64,000 nucleotides of DNA from the NCBI RefSeq assembly GCF_963853765.1, contig NC_088858.1, forward strand, positions 42,222,001 through 42,286,000. Reading direction: 5' to 3'. Source of the stretch: Magallana gigas (taxonomy: Eukaryota). Position 1 is the stretch's first letter; every line of letters starts with the position of its first letter. Under the pieces are notes generated by a model, which was not told the DNA's origin, did not search any database, and was given only the letters and a program-made list of their open reading frames with translations. The position numbers and the translations under genes are program-made. Positions 48,852-62,750 of this stretch are shown here, one piece after another.

Positions 48852-51800
48852 TTCAGTGGAATAAATGTGGAGATATGGACTATCTATGACAGCCCGACCT
48901 AGAGTATACTAGCCTCCAGTCTGTGCATCACACATAAAAGTCTGCTTTGCACACTTTATCTTTGTGTCCTTGCTAGTGGCAAACAACTTATTACTGTTTG
49001 TGTGTTTATATCAGAAAGATATAATACTTGTGTGTGGCCTTGACAGAGGGCCCACATCTATTACTGGTACAATGCAACAGCTGTGGGGTGCTCAGATTTT
49101 CTGATTGGACTAAAAACACTTAATTTCATATCGCTTTTTTCTTGATGCACAAATGAATTGTTAGATGTTTCTTTGTTTATTTAAGAATGTGACTCGAAGG
49201 ACTGCAATACATGTTGATATACATAAATCAAGGCTTGTTTTTAAACATACATGTTCACTTATAACTTGAGTGATATATGCTGTAACCCTGACAGCTATGC
49301 ACATCAGATTATACCGGTTAATGTCTTTAGTCTGCCAAGCACTGGTGCACGGTACATGTACTTGGCATGTTGTTTATGATAGCAAGCCATATGATCATTT
49401 CTTTTTTAGTTCATCAGTCGAAAACAGTGTGGACATAACATAAAATGAGCCAAGCTTATTCTTTTCTGGTCTCATTTTTTTTTTGTTCAGCCCCCCCCCC
49501 CCCCTTTCCTCCTATGCACAGTTGACTACTACCCTACAACACCTTAATATCGAGAAATAGTTTACATCTTCAAAGTACTAGTATGTATATTGAATAAAAT
49601 GTACATGTTTCTTACAGGATATTAAGCTCCCATGGTACAACATACATTGTGTTTATGTTAAATATAAAGCAAAACAAGCAAGTCTGCAAGTATTGAAGTC
49701 CACCATGGAAAAGAGCATTAATTTTTTTTCCCAATTACACTCTAAAACAGCAGGAGCTAGGAAAATGAGAGGAATATAATGTTTGAACGCAGTCCCCGAG
49801 AACATTGGTATCAAATTAGGTACCAATATAACCTAGCCATTTCATGACAAAATACTTTTAATGTCTCTGTCACAAGATGCATGCTTCTCCATTATTATAT
49901 TAATGATCGATTTAAAGGAGTTTGGCCTGAAAACAACCCCTGAAAGTCAATATCATTACAAAGTTGCTAAATCTTGTTTTACTAATGCCAAAAAAATGAT
50001 TTGAGAAACATGAAATGAGCCCATGGTAGAAAATTATCTTTGGGATAAACCCTTGTCCAACAGCATATTATTTGACATGGTTAGGGCAATTTCTTTTCTA
50101 AAATCATACGTCATATTCTGAGATCAAAAAGCACTTAAAAAAGTAAATCATATAACAGAGATAACATAGATAAACATTGATACATACTTGTCTGCGAATA
50201 AGAGTTCCTAATTGGTGTACACACTTCAGCTATTTTCCTTCTCCCTCTGAATCTCAGAGACCAAATAGAGATGACACCAATAATATTCCTTCTTGCTCTG
50301 AAAACAAATCCAATGAAAAATTTTAAAAGTCCCAAAAGAGTGAAAAAAAATAATCATAGATGTCCTAGACTTGCAAAGATTGACACTAGCTCACTGGGGG
50401 CAGCTCACAGAGTGACCCGATCAAGTTACAGATTGATACAGAATTTATTTATCCGAAACTGGGATAAGTGACCCACAAGGCCAGACCCAGAGAGTGAAGA
50501 GTGTTGCGATGGTTTATCAGATGGCAAATCCTCACTCCCGATTCAGAGATTCCTCACTCACATCTGTTCATCATCAAAAATGTTTTCATTATAATAACTT
50601 TCTCTCTCATGTAACGGCATTCCTCTCTCTGAGAAACAGGGGCTACAAAAAATGCTTCCTTTTCAAAGTCTTTCAGGATGTCATGATAATAAGTTGTGCA
50701 GTCAAACTTACTCAGGCTAGAAGAACAGAGAGCCTTGAAGGTTTACTAATCTTCTCTCATGAAACTTTGCAACTCTTAAATGCAAACAAATAATTGACCT
50801 ATATACACATGTACATGTATCTTATTTGACAAATATTTTAAATAAAAATAAAATGTACTTCCTTTTATCAATTTAAACTTATTTGACTATGATGATTGCA
50901 TAACTTTTATTTTCAAAATTAAAGTGTAAGAGAGAATATGTACCATATGGAGAATGAGCATTAAAAATTAGCTCAATAATAGCAGACAAATCTGTTCTTG
51001 TTTCTGACCCCTAAAGTGTCCCCAAATTCAGAGAAAAATTTCAAAAAATCACAGTTTTACGTATTGGAAGGGTATTGGAAGGCTCTTGAAATAATTAGTG
51101 TTGTACAGCCTATAGAGTCCTTTGTTACAAGTAAAATGAGCAGAGACTGACAGCATCCCATTCCTCAGGAGAGCCTGGGACTCAAACATCTGTCTGCCAT
51201 ACACATGTTGACTGCCAGCAAGGGGTTCACTTACACTGGGGGCATGTCAGGGGACCTAGCTGACATAATACGGACCCTATCTCTCCCTCATCCAGTAGGA
51301 ACTAGCTGATGACAAGACTGATAGCCAAAGAGATGGCATGAGACAGACAGTGAAATATCGGCTGTTTGATTCCATACAATTTCTACTCCTTGTGTGATTC
51401 TTTGGTTAAAATAAAAGCAAAGATGCTGTGTTGAATTAATTGCAGTAACAATATAAACTTTGGGATTTAATAAATACAGTACTACTATCTCCGTGCATGA
51501 TATACTTGGGTTCCTTGAGACACAAATGTCAGCAGAAATAAAATTTGGTCTCAAATTGAAAATAAAAAATTTAACTGGCACACTGAAACAATTAGGTTGG
51601 TAATATTTCTGAGTCATGAACTGTATTTAACATTTATGTTTGTTTAATCTGCAGAGGAAACTGTTATCAATCTACAACTATCATGCATGTGTCATTAATA
51701 CGAATCACATTGCTAAGAACCTCTGTTCTCTGGCCAATTCTGACTCAAACCTAGCAAAACAATAAGATACAAGCTACATGTGCTAATGATAAATGCTAAA

Positions 51801-52997
51801 ACTTCATCCAAAAAAACACTCTTACAAATTGTTCTATTTTTTTATATGGCAGTATCAATTTGTTGAAGAAATGCAACCCTTTTTGAACAGATGTCCCCAA
51901 ATACATGGATGTTTTATAATAAAGACAGGGAAAGGATGCACTAGCTTGTTTAGGTTAAATACATGTACCGGTACAACTAAAAGCATTGTTGAACACAGAC
52001 AATTCTCAAAATGAGGAAAAAAATTCTATATATTTTTTTTTTCAAAGTAAACACACATCATACATAGGAGGGAAGGTACATGTTGAATTAGGCTGAATCA
52101 CTCAGTCAATTTTATCTACTATATACCTGTATACTTGAGGACTATCATCATGCAATCTACCCCAGTACTGCACCAACTGATATCAAACTTTAAAGTGCAT
52201 AATAAAGTGCATGCCTCTTTTCCTCTTTATCTTCGAGGAGAAACCTTGAGCTCCTTATTACTTGGGAGGTAAATTTTTAGCAAAAAGATTTTTCATCAAA
52301 TTCACATGCAAAATCAAAATGTGCATACTCTTTACATAACAGACCTAGCCTTCAATGAGAACAATAAAAATTACCTGCTGGTATGCACAAGAGTAAGTTC
52401 CTGGTTTGTTTACACCTGGGCAGAGTAAATATAGACTAGCACACAGAGATACTGCTCAAACTGACATCCATCAGCTAGTAAGGTGTAGGGACATGAGTTA
52501 CTCCTTGCAGATAGCATTAAACAACTTGTCTGATACCCTGTTTATCAATTATCAGTCACAAATTACTCCCCGCTGGTCAAGGAGAACAAACCAACTACTG
52601 CTTTCTGTTCTTAAATATATATAATCGTAATGTACAAAACAGGAAATTTCTTACAGTTAAAAAGTTGAATTTTTACAGAAAATTCTACCAACTTATTGCA
52701 ATAGCTTCAACTCACTCACGTTTTATGAATGCATTTGTTAAAAGTAGGAAAAATTTTACCTTAAAACAATTATTAAATAAACAATTTTTAAAACAGCTAC
52801 TGATAATTGTTCCCTATTCATTTCCTTGTTAATTCATGTGGCAGTCAAAATACATTTCAGAAAACCTTTCCGACCTACTTTTTTTCATGAAAATGTTTAA
52901 AACTTAACTTCAACCTTTATGAGTGCCACATTTGGAGTACTTCATTTTAACAGGAAGAAAATAGATAAAAATTTGTACATCCAAAAGTCACGCAAGA

Positions 52998-52998
52998 G

Positions 52999-53031
<33 letters not shown>
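52998..53031. repeat. (GA)n microsatellite
   Basis: Seen directly. Confidence 0.95.
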
Positions 53032-53032
<1 letters not shown>

Positions 53033-56000
53033 TGTATATCCATAAACCAATACATCTATAACCATGGCCATTATCTATGTATCATGAGATGGTGGGGGGG
53101 GGGGGGGGGCAATAGTTATTTGCAGCATGTTTTAATTGTTTACTTTTTGCTGAATATCATAATTATGATCTTAACTAATCATTAGATTCTTGTACACAAC
53201 TCTGGCTTGATCATTGATACTGCTGACTGATGAAGCATGAATCACACTCTTCATCAATCCTTTCTCCTGCATCAATCCTTAGCTCAAGCTGCTGAGCTGG
53301 TTTAATTTAGCCAGTGATACAGGCCATAGGGGAAAGTCAACAATTAGGAAGAGAAGTAAATGAGTTTTTAGTTACACTGATAAACCACAGTCAATTGATA
53401 GAAGATAATTGTGCGAATGAGTCATGTGACACACTTGATGCTGTGATGATGTTTCCCCTATCCTAAAGGTCAAAGGTCAAGTTGTCCTCAAAATGCTGTT
53501 GCTGAGCACCATTGAGCATGCAGAATTAGTCATGACAGTGAGCTAATGGTCGGAATGATGTTCTAATTGAAATAAGTTGAGTAGACACAAGCTTATGACT
53601 CAAAGCTACTCAGACTCAGCCATTTAACATTTATAGTAACATATGTAACACATTTTCCTGCCGTGTATTTATCCAGGAAGCCATTTAATCCTTTCCATTG
53701 TGACTACAAACATGACAATTTAACCAGAGCAGCTTACAAATTAGTACTGGAAAAATATTTGTCCAATAAAGTTGTAAAGACTAATTATTAAGGCATGCTC
53801 GACCGATCTCCTTAATGTAAACATTTCTGAATCACAGCAAATTAATAGTCTTAAAAAGTATAAAACAGTGCTACATGCTTTATAATTATTGATTGCACCT
53901 ATAAAGTATATAATAATGGTTAAAATCTGTTTGTGTAAAACAATTACCTGTTAAGTATTTACATAAGTCCAAATTAAACCACAATACAAAAAATCCCTTA
54001 ACAGCAGTTGTTATTGGCCCAACAAGCAGAAACAATTACACTAGTGCATCCTTCCACAACAAATGTCAGAATCCATACAATAATGATGTGGCCCGAGGGC
54101 TGAATCACACGCAGGCCACTCTACAAATTGCTCATCCACATTAATCTATACATTATGTTGGATTTGGAGTCAGAAGGCATAGATTTGACTGTCACAAGCA
54201 AATACCGACAAAATAGGGGAGGATCCTGTGAGATAACACAAGGGACTCAGAATAATTAATCTACACTGGAGAGACTCGGCTGAAGGTGTAAGAGGAAGAT
54301 TTTTTTTACTATTATATCAGTTTTATTTCAATGAGAAAAAAAGGTGTTAAGGAAGTACTCCTTTCATCTTCCTTATCAGAGCACGAGCAAGCTTAAAATT
54401 ACAAGGGTTAAATTAAACATGTAGATGTAAATGGTTTGTTATATGAAGTTGCCCCAATATTACTGCTGAGTCAAAGCTAGGACGATTATCATGAAAAATT
54501 TAACTTGGCAAGATCCTTTGCAGCCTTTTATTTTTTCTACATCCCCCATTTCAATATCACAGAAATTCAGTTCAGCTTGAATATCACAAATTATCAAACT
54601 ACTCAAATAAACATTTATCACCATATCTCTTTGTAGTCTCTTATATACCCAACAGGTGATAATAGGTGTAGATAAAGATAAATTCTCAAATATTTCTCTG
54701 CATCAGAAAATGAAGAAAATATAAAAATACACATTAGCACAAAAAATGCCCAGTAATTCAGGCCAATGTTTCAAGCTGAGTGCTTGTGGATATTTTTATT
54801 ATGCAGTTCTCTCTGAGGATTTGAGGACTGAATCAATACTTTTACTCCAGAAACTACATATGGCTCTATATCTCTCCAGAGATTAGGGCAAAAAACTCAT
54901 ATTCTCCCAATAAAAGGATACTGATGGCAATTTGATTAAATCAGTAGGAAAATATATCTCTCACATTATTGTACTTCTAATAGGTGTACATTCAGCACTA
55001 TTGGTTTGCAATGATACATAATTTTTCACATATTGTCACTAATATCTATTTGAAATTGAAGTTAAATTCACTTCATATTGTCAATATTTAATGAGAATAG
55101 GATCCCCTGGTCAATGCACTTATAATGACAATTTCAGAGAGTGTAGTTGACTATTTGATCATTATAATTTGAAACTGAAAACATTTCAACATGGCCAATT
55201 TAAGGTACACATTGCAAATATTGTTTGTAAAATATAATAGGAGATGGGTTAATTGGGGTCACAGAAGACAAGGCAATTAACAGGTGCATGAAATGAGTAT
55301 AAAATATCACGCTACATCATTTCAACAACAAAAACCCCTGTCACCTTTTTACTCAAGGTCTCGTAAATTTTCATGGTCATACCCATCACCACCCCCAGAG
55401 AAACATTAACTTGTAATGTCACAAATATATCATCTAGTACACATCCAACGTACCATTATACACTGAAAGAATGTGGACAAAAATGTGTCAAATGGTATAA
55501 GAAATTTGCCATGTGGATGCAAGTGACAATTAATAATTTTCTGAATGAATGTCAGTGATCTGGGTTACAATGCAGCCTCAGAGAAATTCCCCAGATTCCA
55601 CCGAGCTTCACCTATTACTGGCACCACAAGTACAAAAAACCCTTAAAAACCACACTCCCCTGAGCAGATGAAAAAAATTTCCACAGCTTGATAAACTAAA
55701 TGAGGTGTGTAATACGATGTACTGACCTTATAAAGATCAAAAAGCAAGTAACTGCATTTGCTGATACATCAAATTATCATTCTTAACCTAAATTTACCTT
55801 TAAGATCAATTAAATGATATCAAAATACACAGTACAGGTTTTTACATCACAGGTACAGAATTTTTATCCTCTACTGATGATTTATGTCCAATTCTTAGAT
55901 GCATTCATGTATTTTACACAAAAGAGATTTTAAAATGCAAATAGCAATACAAAGATGATGATCCACTGTTTAATAAACGGCCTCTCTGAATATCGTTTTT

Positions 56001-59000
56001 ATTAACCTGCCATCCTCATATATAACATTTTCTTCCTCCTCTAGACACATGGTATATTGGTATACAAGACCTCAAAATGTTCACAACGGTTAAAATAAGT
56101 ACTTTTTCTCTGTGGCTATACACATGAATGCACTAGCTTGCACCAACAGATATTGCACTGAATTTGTGGCCTACCTTAGACTGAAGGAACCCCAAAGTAT
56201 GACACTCCTAGTTCACTGTTACTCAACAACACTGGCTGATCTACATACCATAGGGGAGTGCTATGTTGTATTACAAGTATACACACATATTGGCTGTCAG
56301 GAATTAGTGGTCCAGCCACTTAACCTTTGATCTGATGGGATATCTTCACAAACATATTCACAGTCGTTAAATTAATGAAACAAAAATTGAGAGTATCAGC
56401 TACTTTGCAAAAAGTAAGTTTGTATGTTTTTGAATGTTAGTCAGTTTACCAAACAATTAAATAGTGGTGTCCCATGGTGGATTGCATGGATGTATGTACA
56501 CATGAGGTTCGGGTTATACATGTATAAATATTCCTTTCGTCATACACAGAACCTTTACCTTTTTTTTCCAATATGAAAATAGAATCAATGGCATCAGAAG
56601 CTTTTCAAAAGAGGGTGAGGGGTTGGGAGACAACTTAAGTGTCTAACGAGTCAAAATGCTCTCTCGTCCTCATATACAGGACAAGAGTGCTGTAGATGCA
56701 ATCATATTTAGTGAAGAGTCAGTCAGGAAATGAGAAAATTAAATCATATAAGGAAGCTTAGATTAAAAAATTCCTTTGAACTTCATAAAGCTATCTATTG
56801 TGGTTAAGCAAACAATCCAAAAATACACCAAACACATTCTCTTTGTAAAGTATGAAGCGTCATCCTGAATCCTGATATCAAAATGTAAATGAAGTAAATG
56901 GATCCTAGTTGTCTTCACAAATAAGATATCATAAAAACCATATTAATTTTGTCCATTGATTGGAATGCTAAGTCAGCTACAATTGTGCATATTTAAAAAA
57001 AACTGCAATATGTGCACAAAACCCAACCAATTTCTTCAAAACAAATGACCTGATATTTTTTTTTCTATCAGTGATATCATTGTCCCTAGTCGGTACTCAG
57101 GAGAGAGCAGCAGCTTAAGTTGTCACAAGTCCTGGAATGTCAGTGTTTTCCCTAGACGTTATTGACCATCAGAGAACAGAACAAAAATCAATAGACCTCT
57201 CCCAAAATGTCTGGCTCAGTAGTTGACCTACATGACAACAGCTTAGGGTTATCAGACTTTGGTTGTGTGCAAATTAATGCTCATGTAACTGATGACAAGG
57301 TTATTTCAGTGATGCACCAGCTTGCAAAAAATCAGACAAGGATATGCAGACACTTGAATGAGGATGTTATTGATGATACATGAATATGTAACCACATTTT
57401 GACATAATTTGCATTCATAAAAATAAAGCTGTGCAGCCTATCAGTCAAAGAATAATAAATGAGTTCAAAGGTTGCTTTACACCCACAAAGAGGCTGTAGT
57501 AACTGCTTTGTAGCAGGGTGTGGCTGGGCGAAGGCCGTTTATTGAATATTGCTAACAAAGTGCAGGGTTCACCTAAGGGCCGCTATAATAAGCCTTATAG
57601 AGCTCCACAATGATCAATGCACAGATGTTACAGATGATGCATTGAAATCACTTTACATTATTGTAGTGAATTTATATATATACAATGTATACAATGTATA
57701 CACATATATATACAATGTGCAGCAGTGAAATTGGTTTCACAAAAACTTGAACAAGTTCAAAAACACATTTTTACAACAAAACTATAACATATATTTCATT
57801 TTTCATAAAGTAGATAGAAAAACTGCGGAATTTTCTCACAGAAAGAAAATTGAAGTCAGTTCAGTTTTTAAGGCTGAAAACATTATACATGTACAATTAA
57901 TGAAAGTTCAAGTGTTCAGAAATGGATACAAATCATTTGTTGAAAGGTATTTGATAAAATCAACAGAGTAACTTATAAATATACATACATGCAACTTACC
58001 CTAGGGACTATCAGAAATACTGTCAAAAGACATAAAATCCTGGCTGTTTACAACATTTAACAACAATCCTGTTGCTCTGGTCGTTAAACAGGAAGGAAGT
58101 GTGTACACAAGGAGCTCAGCAATGGAGTGAGGATGTGAATTTAATAATAGAAATTAATCGTACTCATCCACAGGGCAAAGACAGAGCTCTACAGTCTCGG
58201 TGTAGTTTCTCCTACACTGGTTTACATGTAGCAGCGAGCGGATAGGCACACCCTATGACAAAATCTCCACCACTCAGTCAGTCTCTACCGTTCAATAAAT
58301 GGCATTAGTCATCTACAGGTTCACACACCTTTCTTTATATACCTAAACAACCAGTTACATGTATTGTTTGTCAAAACACAAACACATCGCAGCTAGACTG
58401 ATTATAACAGATGCTCCTGATGAAGTCCAATATTTTGCTTGGTCTGAGTCTCCAGATTGTTTGCCCACAGCCAGACTTTCCTCTTTCCTGTTGAACTGTG
58501 GTTAGGAGACTAATCAAGATTGGTAAACTGATACTTTAATTACAATGGCTGTTAGACCAGTTTTTTTCTTGTCTCCTTCATCGATTGACCTCTGAAATAG
58601 ATATCCTTTTATCACCTGCCATTGAATGTGCTGATTCACCAATGGTTGAACACTAATTAACAGATGCCAAAAATTATTGGCAGTTTAATGCTTCAAATTG
58701 ATTTATTTCAATCTATATTGAAGATTTCTAGTTCTCAATTTTAATCAAATATTTCACTGAATTCTAAGCATTCTCATTTGATAGAACCTGTTTATCTTAT
58801 GTGTTTTCAGCGTTCATCTAAATTAAATTCTCTCTCTCCTCTCTCTCTCTCTCAGTTGAAATAAACATTAATGTGACACATCCTGTTAATGAAATTTTAT
58901 CTTTATTTAATATGTACTCTACATCATATATTTTCCTGTCCATTAAAACACATGATACTATGATAAGAGGCATTATTACATGTAAATCTGATCTACTTTT

Positions 59001-59997
59001 AAGGAAAAGTTACACATTATCAATTTGCCGATCCAACTACAATGCAGACAAAGGAAATCTGATCTATCATATCCAACAGTCATTTAAGACAGTGTATTGT
59101 CATTGGTATTGATATTATAAACTTGTAGCTAAAACAACTTGAATAAGCAAATCCTGTCATATGTATATAATCAAAAGTCTTTTCTTCCTGCATGCAAATT
59201 AGCAGTGCCCTTTATATATCCTATTGTAATATCATCCCATAACAATATCTATTGAAATTACCAGATCAATAAATCCTACTATATTAAAATCTTCCAGATA
59301 TATTGCCAACATCAGCAATGTTCTACATAACCCCTACTGAAACTGAGATTCTACAAATACAGCAGAACTACCAATTAGACTCTTCAGAAAATCCTATTGA
59401 TTTAACCCTGCTGTAGATTAAACTTGACAAATTCCCTAGTAACATTCAAATCCTTCTTAACAAACTCCTCCTTTTAAAGTAGCCAAAATCAACCATTTAC
59501 AGCAAATCTTGCTAAAATTATCTTCATCAAATACTACAGTAACTGATATTTGCCTACTTCAGCAAATCCTATTGAATCAACTGAAATCTTACTGTAAAAA
59601 TTCTAGGTTTTCAGTACATCACAAGTTATAGTGATTTGCTACTTGTACTGAATTAAGCCCCCTTAGCAACCTCTTCACAACTTAACCCCATTAGTAAATG
59701 TTCCTGAAACAACCCAACAACTGTCACCACCCCCCCCCCCCCTTTTTCCGAATATCCCACAGAAATATCCCCATTAAAGTAACAGAAAACCCACTTCAGC
59801 AAATTTTGCTGAAACCCCATCAACACCCACTATAAATATAGAGAAGAACATTTATCTCAATCTTAGATTTTTAAGTATATATTATAAATATAAATTTAAC
59901 ATCCTGTTATATGTCCACTTCTCATGATTTTTACATGGTTAAACAGAGGACACATCCTGTATTCTCTTCCTCTTGTACCTTTTCTTAATAAAAGCAG

Positions 59998-60001
<4 letters not shown>

Positions 60002-60036
<35 letters not shown>

Positions 60037-60045
60037 AGAGAGAGT
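60002..60045. repeat. (GA)n microsatellite
   Basis: Seen directly. Confidence 0.95.
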
Positions 60046-61979
60046 GAGTATACACTAACATCTTAATGTTTGTAAAGAATTTCCATATCAACTCCCCCTG
60101 CCAGTAAATAAATTGTCAATTTCTAAAATATGCATTTTATACTCTTTAAAGGGCAGTATTTAAGGAATAAATATTGTACCTTTAGTTTTTCAAAGCAAGC
60201 TAATATGTTTATCAAAATTTTATCAAATGCTGTAAAATCAAATCATGCCTCAAATTTTTATTAACTGTTTACTAAAGCTGATATAACACTGTCGGAAGGA
60301 ACATATATATTTATATCGTGCTTTAGAAAAATGTTACATTTTTCTCTGGTGAATCAGCTTTTTCTCTAAAAATTCCCTCACTTTTTAACATACAGCCTCC
60401 TTGTTTCTCACTTTATCTGCAGGCTTGCACTCCCAGACAGACTGTATAATAAGCTGTTAAGAAAACTCTCATTAATCCCCTTCAGATTCACCCTCCGTGA
60501 TAAAACAAAGGCGAAAAGCTGTCATTCCATTATCTATAGAGATTTGACTCTTAAACAGAATTGTTGTCTAGATAACAGGACTCCAAAAAGCTCACAATGT
60601 GTTTTGATATTAAATCTCCCAGAAATTTAAGAATTTTTCACTTTTTTTCATTCAAATAATGGCCCCTGGTAGATGATTATTATAAATATACTTTGCAATA
60701 ATTCTTCGTGATGTTGGTGTTGAATGCTCAAATTCTAAATAGAATTAGGCCCATAGGCTTTATTGCTTACATGAGATTAAGGCAAAATTAAGGCTTCTTC
60801 CCACACCAATGAACCCCTCGCGCTAACATCCGTGCCAACGAGAGATATTAATATAAGTTGTAGAACTTGCTTATCAATCGTTGTAAAATAAATGAAGTTC
60901 AGTTCAACAGTGACAGTTGAATCTCTTCTTCATGACATTGTGTATCTTTGTGAAGTTAAAATATTTAAACTAAGTTTTAAAAATGGATTTAAAAATAAGC
61001 TAAGTATTTCAATGCTCATTATCCATCAATATCTTTGAATAAAGTTTAATAGATTAAAATATCTGGAAAAGTTTATATCAAAATGAGCTAAATGCAAAGA
61101 GTGATAAATAAGACAGATAGAAAATGGATATTAATATGACAAACACTTTACCATTAAAGTGCATAGAGGTTTAAGAGAATCGATAAGGTTACTTAAAGTC
61201 AAAATAACAAATTGACAATTTTGCTCTATATTAACACTCATTCCTATACCAACATGTTTATTATCATGAAGTTGCAGTTTCTGAATTGACACAAAATCTG
61301 TTACCTTTATTGATAATATTCCTAGACATCAGGTAATTAAATGTTGGAATTCTTGGCCAGGAATCAATAACATCTACCTCTAGAATCTGAAGAAAAAAAC
61401 CATTGGCTTTTTTGTAATAAGAAAAAAGTATTAAATATGACATATCAATTTTCTGCTATATAATTTTCATACTTTATCGTGGTATATGGCGAGAAGCATC
61501 TCATGTTGATCATGCTTGCCACAGGAATGTGTTTAGAGGACATGACCGACCTTTCTGTACTTAAAAGAAATGTAACTTGTATCTTTACGCTTTACTTTAA
61601 AGTAAAATAAATGATGAAAGATGGAGTGATTTTCCACATTTTTTGTTATTAACAAGTTAAAATCAGGAGAAATGATTGATCTGTTTATTTGAAACTAGTG
61701 CAATAAAAGATGTAGAAATAAACTCAAGGTGATTCAGAAAATAAGGCTTGAGAAATTTTGACACACCAATATGTAGCTTTGAATCAAGATGAATAAAAGC
61801 TGCTTCATCTTACTTGAGTGAACTACAAATAAAATCCGAAATTGTGAAGTTAAAGTAATTGCACTGATAGTTAAAGGTTAAAAGTGACAAAGTTTAATTG
61901 CTCTTACCAATATATAACTATGCTAAGATTCAATAAAAGTATTGTAAATTTTAAAAGATTATTTCTAACATATCTGAAT

Positions 61980-62343
61980 CTTAGAAAGGCACCTTCCAGT
62001 CTCGAAGTCTTTATAGAGTACTGCACATCTTCTGGCCAAAAACAATCTCCTGATCAATGAAGAGCTGTATAATAGAACCAACACCATCCCACTATAAAAA
62101 GTAGGAGAAAATGGCAGTGGATGAGATAGGCATACACCTAACCTCCAAACCAAGGGTAGCAATGAGGTGGACACCAACTAGAAAGAGAAAGATAGGCAGA
62201 CAAAAAGAGACCTGGAGGAGATCTGAGAAAGAAATGAAAGACAATTTGGTCTAGAAATGGACACAGGACAGACCAGTATTGAAGTCTCTTGTGATGGCCT
62301 GAAGTGTAACCAGTGCAAAAAGGACTAAGTAAAGAAGTAAAGT
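61980..62343 (+). mobile_element. 5'-truncated, decayed 3' end of an RTE-type LINE
   Basis: Frameshifted peptides LEVFIEYC / HIFWPKTIS / VAMRWTPTRKRKIGRQKETWRRSEKEMK / QDRPVLKSLVMA, typical of the RTE ORF2 C-terminus, followed by a TAAG-like tail. Confidence 0.78.
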
Positions 62344-62566
62344 TTCTTTAAAACTGACCATACAGCATGGATGATGTGAGGACAAAAAAAGCTCAGCTAC
62401 TGGGCTTATACAAGTATATTTCCAGTCTCTTTGCCTGTGATAACACTGCATATCAATTTTGTACTATATAACCCATAACTTCAAATGACACCAAATTGAG
62501 GTGCCAGTGGGGTTTGCTTATTTATATTTTAAAATTTAATTGTACGATGGCTTAAAATTATATAAA

Positions 62567-62750
62567 TATAAGTAATAAGGAACCATTCTTTGAATACTAT
62601 GAGGTGATAATTTCAGTTGGGGAATGATCAATTCTATCATGGGGAATGATCAATTCTATCATAAAGCCCTTTGGGCTTTATTGGATTTGATCATGCCCAG
62701 ACCAAAATTATCACCTTATAATACTCAAAGAATGATTCTTTATTCCTTAA
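62567..62750. mobile_element. Palindromic MITE with internal 22-bp duplication
   Basis: aaggaaccattctttgaatactatgaggtgataattt pairs with aaattatcaccttataatactcaaagaatgattcttt. Central aaagccctttgggcttt. ggggaatgatcaattctatcat x2 (62619-62662). Confidence 0.85.

Noticed and set aside
61965-62177. Minus-strand hydrophobic ORF
   Set aside because: Antisense to the decayed RTE LINE fragment.
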